A stretch of DNA of 64,000 nt from Eledone cirrhosa (Eukaryota): assembly GCA_964016885.1 (NCBI GenBank), contig OZ024742.1:200322001-200386000 (forward strand), in the 5' to 3' direction. Positions within the stretch are counted from its first letter, which is position 1, and each line of letters starts with the position of its first letter. The position numbers and the translations under genes were made by a program. The notes under the pieces are model-generated. The model made no database searches. It was not told where the DNA came from and saw nothing but the letters and a program-made list of their open reading frames with translations. Positions 25,321 through 39,700 of the stretch are shown here, in pieces.

Positions 25321-28300
25321 GTAAGTTGACAAACAATCCATGAAAAGCCCATCTTTCGCAAGTGGTGGAAGGAATGTAAACAATGAAATGGTTTGGAACA
25401 GGTAAAATAGCGTACATATATATATATATATATATATATAATCCCATGTATACATTTATACCCACATATATTTAATCTCATATATACGTGGTTTATATGT
25501 GTGTTAATTAAGAGACGAAGCTTATCGAATAGAATGGACACAGCTTCGGTCGTTCTCTCACTCGCTCAATAATCTAATTAAGTCCGTATTATTAAAATTC
25601 AAACCCAACTGATCAAAGCGCACACATACGTTAATCACTGAGGAATCGACTTCATGTGAAATCCAGACAGGACTCGATAAAGTTGTATGTATATATACAC
25701 AACTATATCGAGTCTTGTCTGGCTTTCAATATATATATATATATATATACATATATATCAACTTCACTGTTTACATTCCGTTTACTGCTTAACGAAATAT
25801 GGATCATGAAACAGCTGTTTGAATATTTACATTTACATTTACACCTTGCGTACGTTTTCTTTTTCATTATATCTATATATCTCTCTTCCCTGTCTTCCCC
25901 TTAGTTATCTTTCTATCTCTTCTCATTTGTTTTCCATTTCGTTTTGACACCCCCTCCTTTTATTTCGTTTATATTTTTCTCCTTCTGACTCTCGTTAAGC
26001 TTAATTTTCTCGATAATTCCACACAATCACGCATTATAATATTCACATCTCTCTCTCTCACACACGGACACAACACCTTTCTCTCCCTCTCGTATACCTT
26101 TATCTATAACTCTCGCACATACACCCGTCACTCCCTCTCTCTCACACACAGATATAGTTACACACATCCTCTCTCACACACAAATATAGTTACACATACA
26201 TCCTCTCTCACACACACATATATAGATACACATTTCTCTCTCTTACTTTATATAGCTCTCACACATACACCCTTCAAACTCTCTTTCATACTCACATACA
26301 CAGATATAGTTACACATACATCCTCTCTTTCTCATACTCACATACAGATATAGTTACACATACATCCTGTCTCATACCCCCTCCCCCCGTGTCAGCTCAT
26401 TGCTTGAAATGTATATACATATGCATAGTCAATACATAATGGCTTCTTTATTTTACCTACCCCCTTACAGATGAAAGACAAAGCTAAATTATAAAATGGT
26501 CCATATATTTACTGTCAATTTGCTTTGATGACAATCATAATGTCAGTCTGGTTTTTGATATTTTCTGGGTGTCAGCACATGTAAATTATGTCACAGCCTT
26601 TATAAACATGGTTTAGAACGTGCAGTGCACGACTCACAGAGAAAGTTCCTGTCAACTTTTCTGAAGTTTAAATTAATCTTTTTAAACCCGAGTGCGTAGC
26701 TCGGAGATCAGAGAGTCACTCCAGGTAGAGCCGCCGCTTCTTTCAATTGAGAGATCACAGCTCCGATACTATTGGCATGTGGTTAGAATGTCTCGGGGAA
26801 AGAATCGCTGGATATATTTTACGTGTAAAACCAACTGGCAGGATATCCAGGGGTAGACTCCAAGCAAGATGGTTGGATAACATCCACAAATTTGGCTGGT
26901 CTCGCTTGGGAATCCAGCTAGATGAGTTGGAGACGGTTGTTGCTGGAATGAGTGTTTGAGGACTTTTCCCCCATGACCATCTCAGGAATAGGTGGGCGAA
27001 GAAGAAGAAACCCAAAACATGCGTTTATACTGAAAATGTTTGTGTAAATTTTTTAGGATGTCCTTTACAATTGATCTCGAAATAAGAAAATGAAAATATT
27101 TCTTTCATTTCAAATGCTCCGTTCACACACATACGCCCGTATGCGAATTGTCGAGCGAACCTTAATTCTAACCAACCCGAACTCTAATCACAACCTTCAA
27201 CATAACTCCAACTTTAATCCTCATGTATATACACGCAATGAATCATACGAGATTTTTACATTTTCTTTATTCGAGGTCTATTGCCATTGATAGCAAGGGC
27301 TGGATTAACCATAAAGCAAATTAAACACATGCCCTAGGGCACGAAGAGAAAAGGGCATTTTATTAAAAATGAATGTATGTCATTCAAAAAAATTATATTT
27401 TTGCAGACTTTATATATATGTGGTGGTGGCAGTTTAAGAACGACTGATAAATACGTCAACGAAGGTGCTGCCTCTAAGAATGTAGTTGAGACGCTTGGCC
27501 TGCATATTTCTCCTATCACATTCTGGAAATAGGGGCAGTGGTTTCAAATATCATTTCTACAACTATCAATTGCAATTGTTGTAGTCTTCATTGACATAAT
27601 CGTAGTTTTCGCACTGGAAAATGTAATTCATTTAAAAATATAGATTATTAAAAATTACTGCGTGTAAAAGTCATTTTAACTACACAAAAACTGTTAACTT
27701 TAGCTTGATAGTGGGGTTTAGAACCCTCTAAGAAATGGAAAAAGATGAGTATGTACGTCAATACTAATCTTTTTCCATTTCTTATAGGGTTCTAAACCTC
27801 ACTATCAGGCTAAAATTTCTTTAGTAAAAAAAAAAAAGAATACGGCAAAAGCTTCTATTTCTAATTTCAAACTCGCTCGCTGTTGTAAAACATACATACT
27901 TGTTAACTTTACTTTTTATTTCATGGCGTCAACCTGGTCACTCATACTTGTTCACTACAATACATTATTATGCATGTTATGTCGTAACTAAAATCTGCTG
28001 CAGTACTGTTTCTTTAACATTTACATGGTCAGGCTTTTAACGAAATAAACTTTATTTTAATTAATTAATACCCAATTTCGAGAGGTTTATTTAAATTCTT
28101 CTTTCATTACTAAGATATGGTTGTTATATAAAATTATTTTGGACGGTTTTTATTTAAATATGAGCCCTTTAAAATAGGTGGTTTTGTTTCATAAGACCAG
28201 AGCCAGTTTTGGTTGGGTTGGTACCAAAAGGGTCTCCCTTCAGATAAACCTCTCTGTGAATCTAAAAATGACTGGAAATAGTTGAAATAACGATTAAAAA

Positions 28301-30673
28301 CAATAACAAAAACTATGGTGGAAGTTCCGTTAAATGCACCGCTCGTCCAAGCAATTAATGTTGTCTAGTGTGTCAATGGGTACAATAGAGAAGCTAATTG
28401 TGATCTCATAACCAAAGCAAGACATCTGACAACAGTGTCAGATGTCTTGTTTTACATGATATATATAGAGAGCTAGCGAGAGTAGAAAACAGGGATACAG
28501 AGAGAATTAACCTGTAGGCTGAAGGTGGAGTACATATACTGACTGAAGTGGCAGATAAATAATGAGATATTTAAAAGAACACTGGAGCCATGCACACACA
28601 TACATACAAGTAAGCATACACACACGCATACAGACAAATATATATATCATCATCACTGTTTTACGTCCATTTTTCCACGCTAGCATGCGTTAGACGAGTT
28701 GTCCTGTTGTGGGCAATGCTAGGTCAGGTGACCATGTCTTGCACGTACAGTTCTGTAAATATTTTTATAACTGATATAAAGCACTCGACAAGTATTTGGA
28801 GTAGATATACGATATATATATATACGATATTAACAAATGGAAACTATTTATAAAACCATATTTATTTCATTATACATATTTCAAGGATACCAAGTTAAAT
28901 TATGGTATGCCTTCATCAGACAAAATACAATATATACCAGTTTTATAAATAAACATTGACGTACCCTTTTCAAAATGCCACCGTTAGTTTTGGCATATGT
29001 ATAATTAAATAAATATGGTTTTATAAATATAGTTTCCATTTGTTAATATCGTATATCTACTCCAAATACTTGTCGAGTGCTTTATATCAGTTATAAAAAT
29101 ATTTACTTGTTGTATCCCAACAATTTAAATAGAACTTTTGCATATATACTCACACACACACATTTGTATATATACCCATATATACCTACACAGACATGTT
29201 TATATACACACACACATATATAGAGACATAAGTAAATATTTGATTATAGCAGCCATGGGCAAACTGCGGCCTGTGGGCTGCATGTGGCCACTGGCATTCT
29301 GAATGGCCTGCTTAACTTTAAAATTGCCTTGAATCTTTTAGTAGTGAAGACCATCTTATGATGAGGCACATCCTATGTGGCTCACTACTTGAAAAAAAAG
29401 TTGCCCATGCCTGGTAGCATCGATACAATTTCTTGTAAAGACCCCCTTCCGTCACAAATGACTATGGGATTTCCACCTAGAAAGTTACCCTTCCGAAACA
29501 CAAGTCTGGGTAATGTTGTTTGTGAAAGAACAGTAGTCACCCATGCATATCAGTCTCCTTTCTCTGTGCCACTGATGTTGTCCAAGGGAAAGGCAATGGC
29601 TGATACAGTTGAGTACACTGGAGCAACGTGAAATAAAGTGTTTTGCTCAAGAGCACAGGGCATTGCCCAGTTTGGGAATCAAACTAACAACCCTTTGATT
29701 GTGAATCCAACATTCTAACCACGGAATTAAATAAACATATATGAAAATATATTATTTTTCTCAAATTACTTTATTTTAATACTAAGAAAAAATAGATTGA
29801 GAAGAAAGAAATGTAAAATAAGAAAATTTAAGAAAACGGAAAAGGAAGGGACAGGCAAGGGTTCTAGTGTCACAGAAGAATGGGGAGGGCTTGGCGGTAT
29901 TGGGCTGCACCCCACGGACAAGACGGCAAAAGCACACCCCCGGACAATGCTCAGTGACACCTGTTGCCTGTTGCAACAGCTATCCCACCTCATTGGGCTC
30001 CTACCTCAGACGGGCTGCTGACGTTCCGATTTTGTGGAGGAGCTCAGCAGTATGGGTTCCAATTACACCTGAGGTCTCGACAGTGACAGTGCGAAGAGGA
30101 ACGGCTGGACAATCCCCTATATTTGTTTATCTTCCTTTCCTCTGCATTGTAGGCCGCAGTACCAGGGTTACTATGTTTGTAGTCTATATTAAATTCATCA
30201 TTTCTTCAATCTATGGGGAACTACGTAGATTTGACATGTTTATATACTCAGTGTGTACAGCTTACAAACAGATATGTCTTTATTGAGGCGTAGTGAATTC
30301 ATTTATTTTAATACAGTTAAACAATTTATTTACTTACCTGCTGTTACCACAGTGGTAAACATATACTTCCAAATTTACTTGCCATGTGACAGATAACACT
30401 AATATAATAATTGTGCAGCCTTTCTGTCCGTCTGTCACACATAAACACTGTTTCATCAAAAATGTAAAAAATTTTATGCACAACTTATGGAACACGTGTA
30501 TGACAAAAATTACACATTATTAAGAACCTAACTTTATGCCCTTATTTTTACATTGTTCAACATTTTATTTGACACTAGTTTGAATACATATGAAGGGATC
30601 ATTGTACCACAGAACCAGATGGCATTCTATCGATTGAGTATTCATAATCAAAGCATCTGTGAAAACATTAAGT

Positions 30674-30717
<44 letters not shown>

Positions 30718-33700
30718 AAGGCACATGGCTTAGTGGTTAGAGCATTGGGCTTGCAATCGAAAGGTTGTGAGTTCAATTCTCGGACCGAGTGATGTGTTGT
30801 TTCCTTGAGCAAGACACTTTATTTCACATTGCTCCAGTTTACTTAGCTGTAGAAATGAGATGATAGGACTGGGATCCCTATCATTCCACTGCAAAGTGGT
30901 CGTGGAGGTGCCACGCCAAAAAAGCACCCAGCACTCACTATAAATGAGGTTGGTGTTAGGAAGGGTTTCCAGCTGTAGAAATCAAGCCAGAATCAGTTCC
31001 CGTATGATCAAGACAAGGTCAGCCGACCAGACACTGCCTGCAACAGGACAACCCGTCTAACCCATGCTAGCGTGGAAGAACGGACGTAAAACAGTGATGA
31101 TGATGATATATATGTATAAATAAGGATATGACAGCCTCCCTAGTGTTTGGTGACCTACACAAATAAACAGACCCAGTACAAGCTGTAAAGTGGTTGGTGA
31201 TAGGAAAGGTATCCAGCCATAGAAATCTTGCCAAATAAAAGGATTGGGAGGACCATCAGTTGTATCAAAGACATGATCAACCTCTCCTGTGCACTTGGTG
31301 GAGCATTGATCATACATAAAGCAAGACACAATTCCTTGGCCTGCCAGGAAGATCAGTGGCTCTACTTCAGTACTGACTTGGTCTATGTAGACCCGTCCAA
31401 CCCTTGCTAGCAGGGAAAGCAGGCATTAAAATGATATATTTGTGTGTGTGTGTGTATATATATATATATCGAGAGAGAGAGACATTACTAGTTAATACTG
31501 GTAAGATCACTATTCAACTTAGTACTCCATATATACTTAAGGAAATTAGGGTGTAGATATGATTATAGGATAATTATCTATCTTATCTATGTATAAAGTA
31601 TAACATAACAATGTTTCATATTTTTACATTGATTATCGACCTGTTATGTACATTTCACAAGTGATTGGCTCAAAGTTCATATTTGTGTTATAGACCCAAC
31701 TCCAGCGTCTACCGGCTGATCAGACATGTTAATCAAGCTAAAAACAAAATTCTATCCAATATTGCATGGAATATATCATCATCATCACCGTTTAACATCC
31801 ATTTTTCCATGATACATGGAAAAATTTGTTGTGAGAAATGCCTGGTCAGGTGACCATGTCTTGCTCATACAGAACTGATTTTGGCTTGGCTTCTACAGCT
31901 GGATGCCTTTCCTTCAAGCCAACCACATTTACAGTGTGTGCTGGGTGCTTTTTGTCATGCTACTTAACTGTGTACGACCACTTTACAGTGTGTGCTGGGT
32001 GCTTTTTGTCACGACACCTACACAACAACTATACAGTGTGGGCTGGGTGCTTTTTTGCCGTGTTGCCATTAATATATACATACATACATATACCCACAAG
32101 CATTTAATGTGGCTATGTTTGCGCATGTATGTGGTTGTGAGATGTGTGTGTGCGCAGTCTGTGAATGACCATGGTCTTCTCTTATGACCTGCTCATCTTT
32201 ACTTTCTTGGGCTTAGGGCAGGACATGTGCTTCCACTGGTCATTCTGATGTTTGCTCTCAGGGTCATAGGAGAATATCCAACTCTCATCACGAATCTATT
32301 CAGAAAACCAAGATCAGCCTCTACCATTGAGAATGTCAGTGCAACATTCCATACGAAGCTGCCTCTGGTTATCTGAAAGGATCTTTGGCATGAACTTGGC
32401 ACATATTTTGTGGAGCTCCAGATCTTTGGTCGGAATTGTTTCCACTGTTCCAGTACTAATACCAACAGCTTCAGATATCATCCTCACAGTTGGTTGAGGG
32501 TTTTGTTTCACTAATTTTCACACTTCCTCAATATTTTCTGCCTTTCATGTGCTGTTTGGTGCTCCAGATCTGCGTTTATCTTCAACCAGTTCATTTTCTT
32601 TGGAAAATCGTTTAAACCACCTGTAGTAATTTGCTTTGCACACCAATTCACTCCATAGGCCTCTTCTAACATTCCATAGGATTCTTATTTGTTTTTCTTA
32701 AGTTTAACATAAAATTTGATGGCGTAATGTTACTCCATGTTTTCCTGCATTTTGCCATGTGTTGACAGATCAGCAAATTGGATCACACTGGTTCCTTCAT
32801 GTACACTGCTGTGCTCCAGCCTAGGTAGATAGCAAGTTGCCAGTTAGTGACTTTATACATTATTTATAAATTCACTTCTCCATGAAGTAACATTCTAGTT
32901 GAATGATATTTAATGCCACTCCTGAAATGTTCTCATTACTTATTAAACATACTTCGTGTGTGTGTATAAAATCCGCAAACAGTTTGTAACAATCTGGTGA
33001 AGAAGCCAAATTTTATTTTCTCCATAAAACAGTGGGTTATGTAGTGGAGTCTTAAAATTTAATGAACATTGCTCATTGCTCTTCTTTTCTATATCTCTAT
33101 TATCTTCTGCCTAATTATTGTTTAGACGTTCTATTTGCGACCATCATCACTTTTTTTCAGCTCTAATATCCTTGACTACATTGTTCAGTGAATTATTTGT
33201 TTTTAAATGGTAGGCTGTAATCTGAGGTAGTGTGGTCCTGTGTGCTGTCTATTTGCAGCATGGGTTACAGCCCTTTACGGTCTGAGTTCAAATCCCGCAG
33301 AGGTTAACTTTAACTTTCATCCTTACGAGGTTGATAAAATAAAGTACCAGTAATGCACTGAGGTAATTGCTGGCCTTGTACCAAAAGTAAAAACAATTAT
33401 TATTTAGTAGATTCCTTAGAATATCAGATAAAGTGTTTTGTGGTATTTGTTCCAGCTCTACAATTTGTAAAGAGAGAAAAATCACTCAAATCAACTCCAG
33501 TACTTGACTGGTACTTTTAGCGGCTCCCAGAAGGATGAAAGGCAAAGTTGACCTCTGCAGGATTTAAACTGGCAAGATTTAGAACATAGCTAAATCATAT
33601 TTTTCTTAAGTGTAGTGGATTGACATTTAGTTATGGCCCTTTATGTTCTAAATCCTGCCAATTGAAATCTTTTATTATTATTATTTTTTCGTGGATTGGC

Positions 33701-36700
33701 AGTATCGGTAGAGGGTCGGACGCCATGCTTTCCAGCATAGTTACGTCCCTTTACGATCCGAGTTCAAATCCCGCCGAGGTTGACTTTGCCTTTCATCCTT
33801 ACGGGGTCGATAAAATAAAGTACCAGTAATGAACTGGTGATTGCTGGCCTTGTGCCTAAAGTAGAAACAATTATTATTTTTTACATGTTTGTAATGTATC
33901 ACCAGGCTGTGTGCTGCCTATTTGCAGCATGGGTTACGGCCCTTTACGGTTTGAGTTCAAATCCTGCAGAGGTTAACTTTGCCATTCATCCTTACGGGGT
34001 CGATAAAATAAAGTACCAGTAATACACTGGGATAATTGCTGGCCTTGTGCCAAAAGTAGAAACAATTATTTTTTTACATGTTTAATTTCTACTATAGGCA
34101 CAAAGCCAGAAATTTGGGGAGAGGGGAAAGTCGATTAAATCGACTCCAGTGCATTACTGGTACTTTATTTTAATGACCCTGTAAGGATGAAAGGCAAAGC
34201 TAACCTGGCAGGATTTGAATTTTACATTCTGAGTTCAAATCCTGCTAAGGTTAGCTTTGCATTTCATCCTTACGGGGTCGATAAAATAAAGCACCAATAA
34301 CGTACTGGGGTTGAAAATGACTTTCCTCTCTCCTTAATTTCTAGCCTTGTGCCTATATTTGAAATCATTATTTTTTACATGTTTGTTGGTTTTGTTAAGC
34401 AATTTTTACATGCAGAACCCTGTCTTGTTCCGTCATTAATGTTTTCTTGCTGTAAGCCCTGTGTGGTTAATAAACAAATCATTATTAAATAATTATTATA
34501 TTTATCTATATTCTCCAGTTGGCTTCATTATCTTCTTGGTGTGGTTACTAACTTTGCTATATCTGTGGTTCCCTGCAATCAAAGGTACCAAAGGCTGGTC
34601 ATGGATCACCTACAAAGGTAACCTCCTTGTATTTTGACTTGATATGTCTGTTGATGATACATTACATTGTAGCTGAGTGACTGTGGTGATGGTGGTAATG
34701 GCAGTGTGTTTGGTACAACATCATATTACGGCTGAGCAGCTGTGATGATGGTAGGGGTGATGTCTTAGGAGTTGTGATGGTGTGTTTGGTAAACACAACA
34801 CTATATTATGGGTGGTGGTGGTGTGTTTAGTACAACATATGGCTGAACAACTGTGATGATGGTGTGTTTAGTGGTAGTTATAGTAGTGATAGTGTGTTTG
34901 GTACAACATTACAGCTGAACATCTGTGATGGTGGTGGTGTATTTGGTAGATTACATTATGCCTGAATATCTTATGATGGCGGTGGTGGTGGTTGAACTGT
35001 GATGTTGGTGCTATTTATTGTGGTGGTGGTGGTTGAACTGTGATGTTGGTGCTATTTATTGTGGTGGTGGTGGTGTGTTTGGTATATTACAGTACATTAT
35101 AGCTGGGCATCTGCGATGGTGGTGGTGTTTGGTATATTACAATACATTACAGCTGAGCATCTGTGATGATGGTGGTACAATACATTATGGCTTATATTCT
35201 GTGGTGGTGGCGGTGGTGGTGGCAACAGCAGCTCTATATTATGGCTGAATGACTGTCACATTGCCCATGTATGGGTTATGGTGGTGTTAGGGATGGCAAT
35301 GGTGATGTTGTTTAGTGGTAGTTGTGGTGGTGAGGTAATGATGTGTTAGTGGGAATGTTGTTGATGGTTTGTTTGATTTGTTATTAAGGGTTAGTGAGTG
35401 TCACTGTCTGTGGTGGTGGTGATTGTGATAGTGGTTTAACACTATATTAAGGAAAAGTGGCTGTGTCATTGTCTGTTCACATTATGTCTCATATTCCACA
35501 ACTCACATTCTATACCCATATTCTACAACTCACAGTCTATACCCATGTCTTACAACTCACATTCTATACCCATGACTTACAATTCATATTCTATACCCAT
35601 ATCCTACAATCCACAATCTGTCTCATATTTTACAATTCACATTCTATAACCATATTCTATCATTCACATTCTATGGCTATATTTCACAATTCATATTCTA
35701 CATCTCTTATTTAACAATTCATATTTTATGCCTCATAATTTACAATTTACATTCTTTGTCAATATTTTCTAGTTCATATTCTATGACAACTTTTCAGAAT
35801 TCCCAAACCTTAACTGGTCATATTCTATTGCCTTATTTCACAATTCACATTCTATAAGCCACATTTTACAATTCACATTCTATAAGCCACATTTTACAAT
35901 TCACATTCTATAAGCCACATTTTACAATTCACATTCTATAACCCACATTTCACAATTCACATTTTATACCCACATTTCACAATTCACATTTTATACCCAC
36001 ATTTAACAATTCACATTTTATACCCACATTTAACAATTCACATTTTATACCCACATTTAACAATTCACATTTTATACCCACACTTCACAATTCACATTTT
36101 ATACCCACACTTCACAATTCACATTTTATACCCACATTTCACAATTCACATTTTATACTCACATTTTATACCCATATTTTACAATTCCACATTCTATGGC
36201 TGGTATATGTTCTGTCTATACAGTTTAGAGTACATCATATACTTGCATGCTATGTCTACATTTTACAATTGACAATGTTACCCATATCTTATAATTCAGA
36301 TTGTATATCCATCATCATCATATCCATATCTTACAATTCACATTTTATACCTCATAACCTCCATTAAACAATGTAAATCTACATTTTACAATAGACAATC
36401 TACCTTCTCCTCCTCACTTATTCTTGAAAGGGTTGGGAGGAAGAGTCCTTAAACACCACTTCCAGCAGGAAGCAACCATTTCCAATTGATCTGGCTGGAT
36501 CCCAAAGTGAAACCAGCTGAGCTTATGGGTGTTATCCAGCCATCTTGCTCAGTGTCTACTACTGGGTCTCCTGTCTGTTTGTTTTGCCTGTAATATCTGC
36601 CAAGCGATTCTTTCCTGAGACATTCTAACCACATGCTTGTAATAGACAAGTAGCAGCTCTACCTCGAGCTACTCTGATCGCTGAACTATGCACTCTGAGT

Positions 36701-39700
36701 AATGTTGCTCCAAAGACCCTTCAGAAGAACCCCGTTTCGGTTGCTTGTATTTGCGATTGTATTCTTTCAGTCATTACCCATGATTCATGACCATAGGTAA
36801 GGGTTGGAACAAATACTGAATTGAAGATAACAAGTATGGCTTTTACACCTACCTCGCTTCTTCTGAATGCTGAAGCTGGCACATTACTACACCAGCTAAT
36901 GCAATTCTTGCATTTAATTCAGCCTCCTGCCTTCCATCACTCATGAACACAGCCCCAAGATACTTCAGTTTCTCCATCTGCTTAGTGGAACTCCATTTAC
37001 ATGTAGAGTGCACTGCGCAAGCTTCCTTGAGGGGATGAGTGTCTTAGTTTTTACAGCACTGATTTTCATTCTAGCCATGCACATCTTATAATTCACATTC
37101 TATGTCTATATTTCACTATTCTCAATGTAAACCTCATATCTTACATTAGACAATGTATACTCATATCTTACAATAGACAATGTACATCCACTTCTTATAA
37201 TTCACATTCTATGTCTATATTTCACTGTCCACAATGTAAACCTCATATCTTACAATTGTCATTCGTTTGTAGGTCTGCAGAACAATAATAGGAAACTGTT
37301 CAACAACTCCAATACAATTCATGTAGTACTGGCATCTGATGAACATACCATTGGAGGTATGATAGCTACCATGAACAGTATTCACTTAAACACTAAACAT
37401 AATGTTAAATTCCACCTTATTGTTGCTGAAGACAGCCTTGATCACTTGGTGTGAGTATTTCCTCCTATTTACATATACACTGGTATCTTTAGTTGCTTCT
37501 GTTGTGAAGACTTGTGGCTTAGTCATTAAGTTGTTTGACTCACAATCAAAAGGTTGTGGGTTCAATTCCTGGACCAGATAGCATATTGTGTTCTTGAGCA
37601 AGACATTTCTATTCATGTTAATTTTTATGACTGGATCCCCTATCATTAAAAGGTTCAAGAAACCTCTTTTGAGATACAACATCATAGGAGGCTAAGTAAA
37701 CCTGTATAGGTGCTAGCTGTAAATTTCTTTCTTCTAGTTGTTATTTAGATTAAGTCTAACAAAGAAAACACCTATATTCAAAGACAATCAAGATGACATC
37801 CCTATCTTTATGTAACAGATTCTGAGAGAGGAATCAATCCTGTACTTAACTGGTATTTATTCTCTGTAGAAAGGACATATTGGATAATGTATCTAGGAAT
37901 ATATTATCAAATGTCCACTTTATGCTTAACCATATTTCAATGAAACAACCTGCTAATTATTTTCTAATCATTTTGGATATAACAAAGGATTTGGAGGGAT
38001 TTAGTAATATAACTTTCTCGTTAAGCTGGTATCTGGAACATAACTCAACAAAGTTTCCTACAAAAAATTATGATAGAAGGGTTTTAGATAAATATAAACC
38101 ATTTTATACCATAGAACCAAGGGCAGTTTCAGGTGCTTAACAAAGTTTTCTACATAAAATTGTGATCGAAGGGTTTTAGATAAATATAAACCATTTTATA
38201 TCATAGAACCAGAGTGGTTTCAGGTGGTTTGGTATCAAAAAGGTTAAAAGACATTATATTGTGATTTAAAGGAGATTTGGCTGTTATGTCTTGCAGTGTG
38301 AGCAACTGTGTAGGGGCTCTCTCTCAACTTGAATAAGTTGTTTAGCTCCAGGTGAGTTCTCATCTAGTAGACCTATGATCAAAGATATTCCAAATGTGAC
38401 CATCCAAACATTTATTTCAGATTTAGTGAACATAGCACTACATTATTTAATATCTTTCCTCTTTCAATAAGGTAACATGCAATTTGAAGGAGATTTGGCT
38501 ATTGTTTCTGGCAAGCTAAACGTCTGCAACACACCTATGGTCAAAAACTTTACAGTCACGACCAACCTATCAGATATAATGCATCTAGTCATAATTACAT
38601 TATCTAATGTGTCTTTTCTTTTCTAAACGTGTGTGGTATGCGGTATATTTGGCTACTATTTCTTGTAGGTCATGCAACCGTTTAGTGGCTTTCGTTCGTT
38701 CGTTATTATACACACTCTCGGGTCACAAGTAATAGGGGAAGGTGGAATAAGTGGAGGTAGGGGTGGAAATGAGTAATTTTTCTAGGTTGTCTTCGTTGAT
38801 TTAAAAAAAAAAACAGAATTACTTGTATAGTTTACATATTGAAACTCCAACCCGTCCTATTTATTTTATAACCTATGGTATGTCTAGTAATGTACTTTTT
38901 TTATTATGCATAATCTTTTTTTTTTAATATCTAAAGAAAATTGTCGCAGGAATGCTTAAAATAAATTTTGTCATAGATAGATTAGCAAAATTTAATAAGC
39001 GCACGGGGTGGTGGCGGTGGGGATCTGAAAAAATAATATACGGCGGGATGATTGTTCGAGACCCGAGAGTATGTATATATGATTGAAAGAAAGCTGCAAG
39101 GAAACAACATATAAGCTGAATTATCTCCCTTGTAGTATGCAATCTTAAAAGGGAGCTAACTCTAAAAGATAAATTTATTGTTACTTTTTAAAATTAAATT
39201 TTTTCTTGGGACACGAAATTAATAAACAATTAAATATCTTATCAGAAGTCATCAGTCACATGTCTAATTGTACGTAGAGTTGTCAGAACTCAAATATATT
39301 TCAAAGCTAAGAATTGGTAGAGATTTATTTGGGTTGACCGAATATAGAGTTTATCAACTTTTCTTTTCATTTAGTAGTCTGAAAGAGAAGACACTCTCCA
39401 TGGCCTTCACGGGTTCTCTGAGGTTGCAGAGATCAATTAATGGTAGACACGGTAGAGAGAGAAGACAGCATGTCTGTGGGCCAGAGACTGGAGTGTGTTA
39501 GTGAAAGATTTTATACTGTGATGTATTCGTCCTTTATTTAACCGCTCTGATACCAAGCCAACTAAATCTATCCTGGTTCTGTATTACAAAACTGTTTATT
39601 TTAAAGTGTTTATATATATCTGAAAACTTTCCATCATAATTTGATGTAAGAAGTTTTGTTATGCTCCGTACACCAGTTTAATGATGAAAAAATTAGTTAT

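Noticed and set aside
25383-25401. Alternative GLT8D first exon ATGAAATGGTTTGGAACAG|GTAAAA (MKWFGT), also phase 1
   Set aside because: The upstream 25296-25320 exon has a stronger GTAAGT donor and gives the RR-before-TM pattern; not excluded as a minor isoform
25632-25728. CTGAGGA…GAAA next to the 25657-25728 hairpin as a hammerhead
   Set aside because: Stems I and II do not pair and there is no NUH site; kept only as a hairpin
27158-27225. Telomere-like CCCTAA-type tract
   Set aside because: Too degenerate and short
35480-36400. Regular repeat array resembling CRISPR
   Set aside because: Tandem units with no unique spacers; eukaryotic intron; no cas genes
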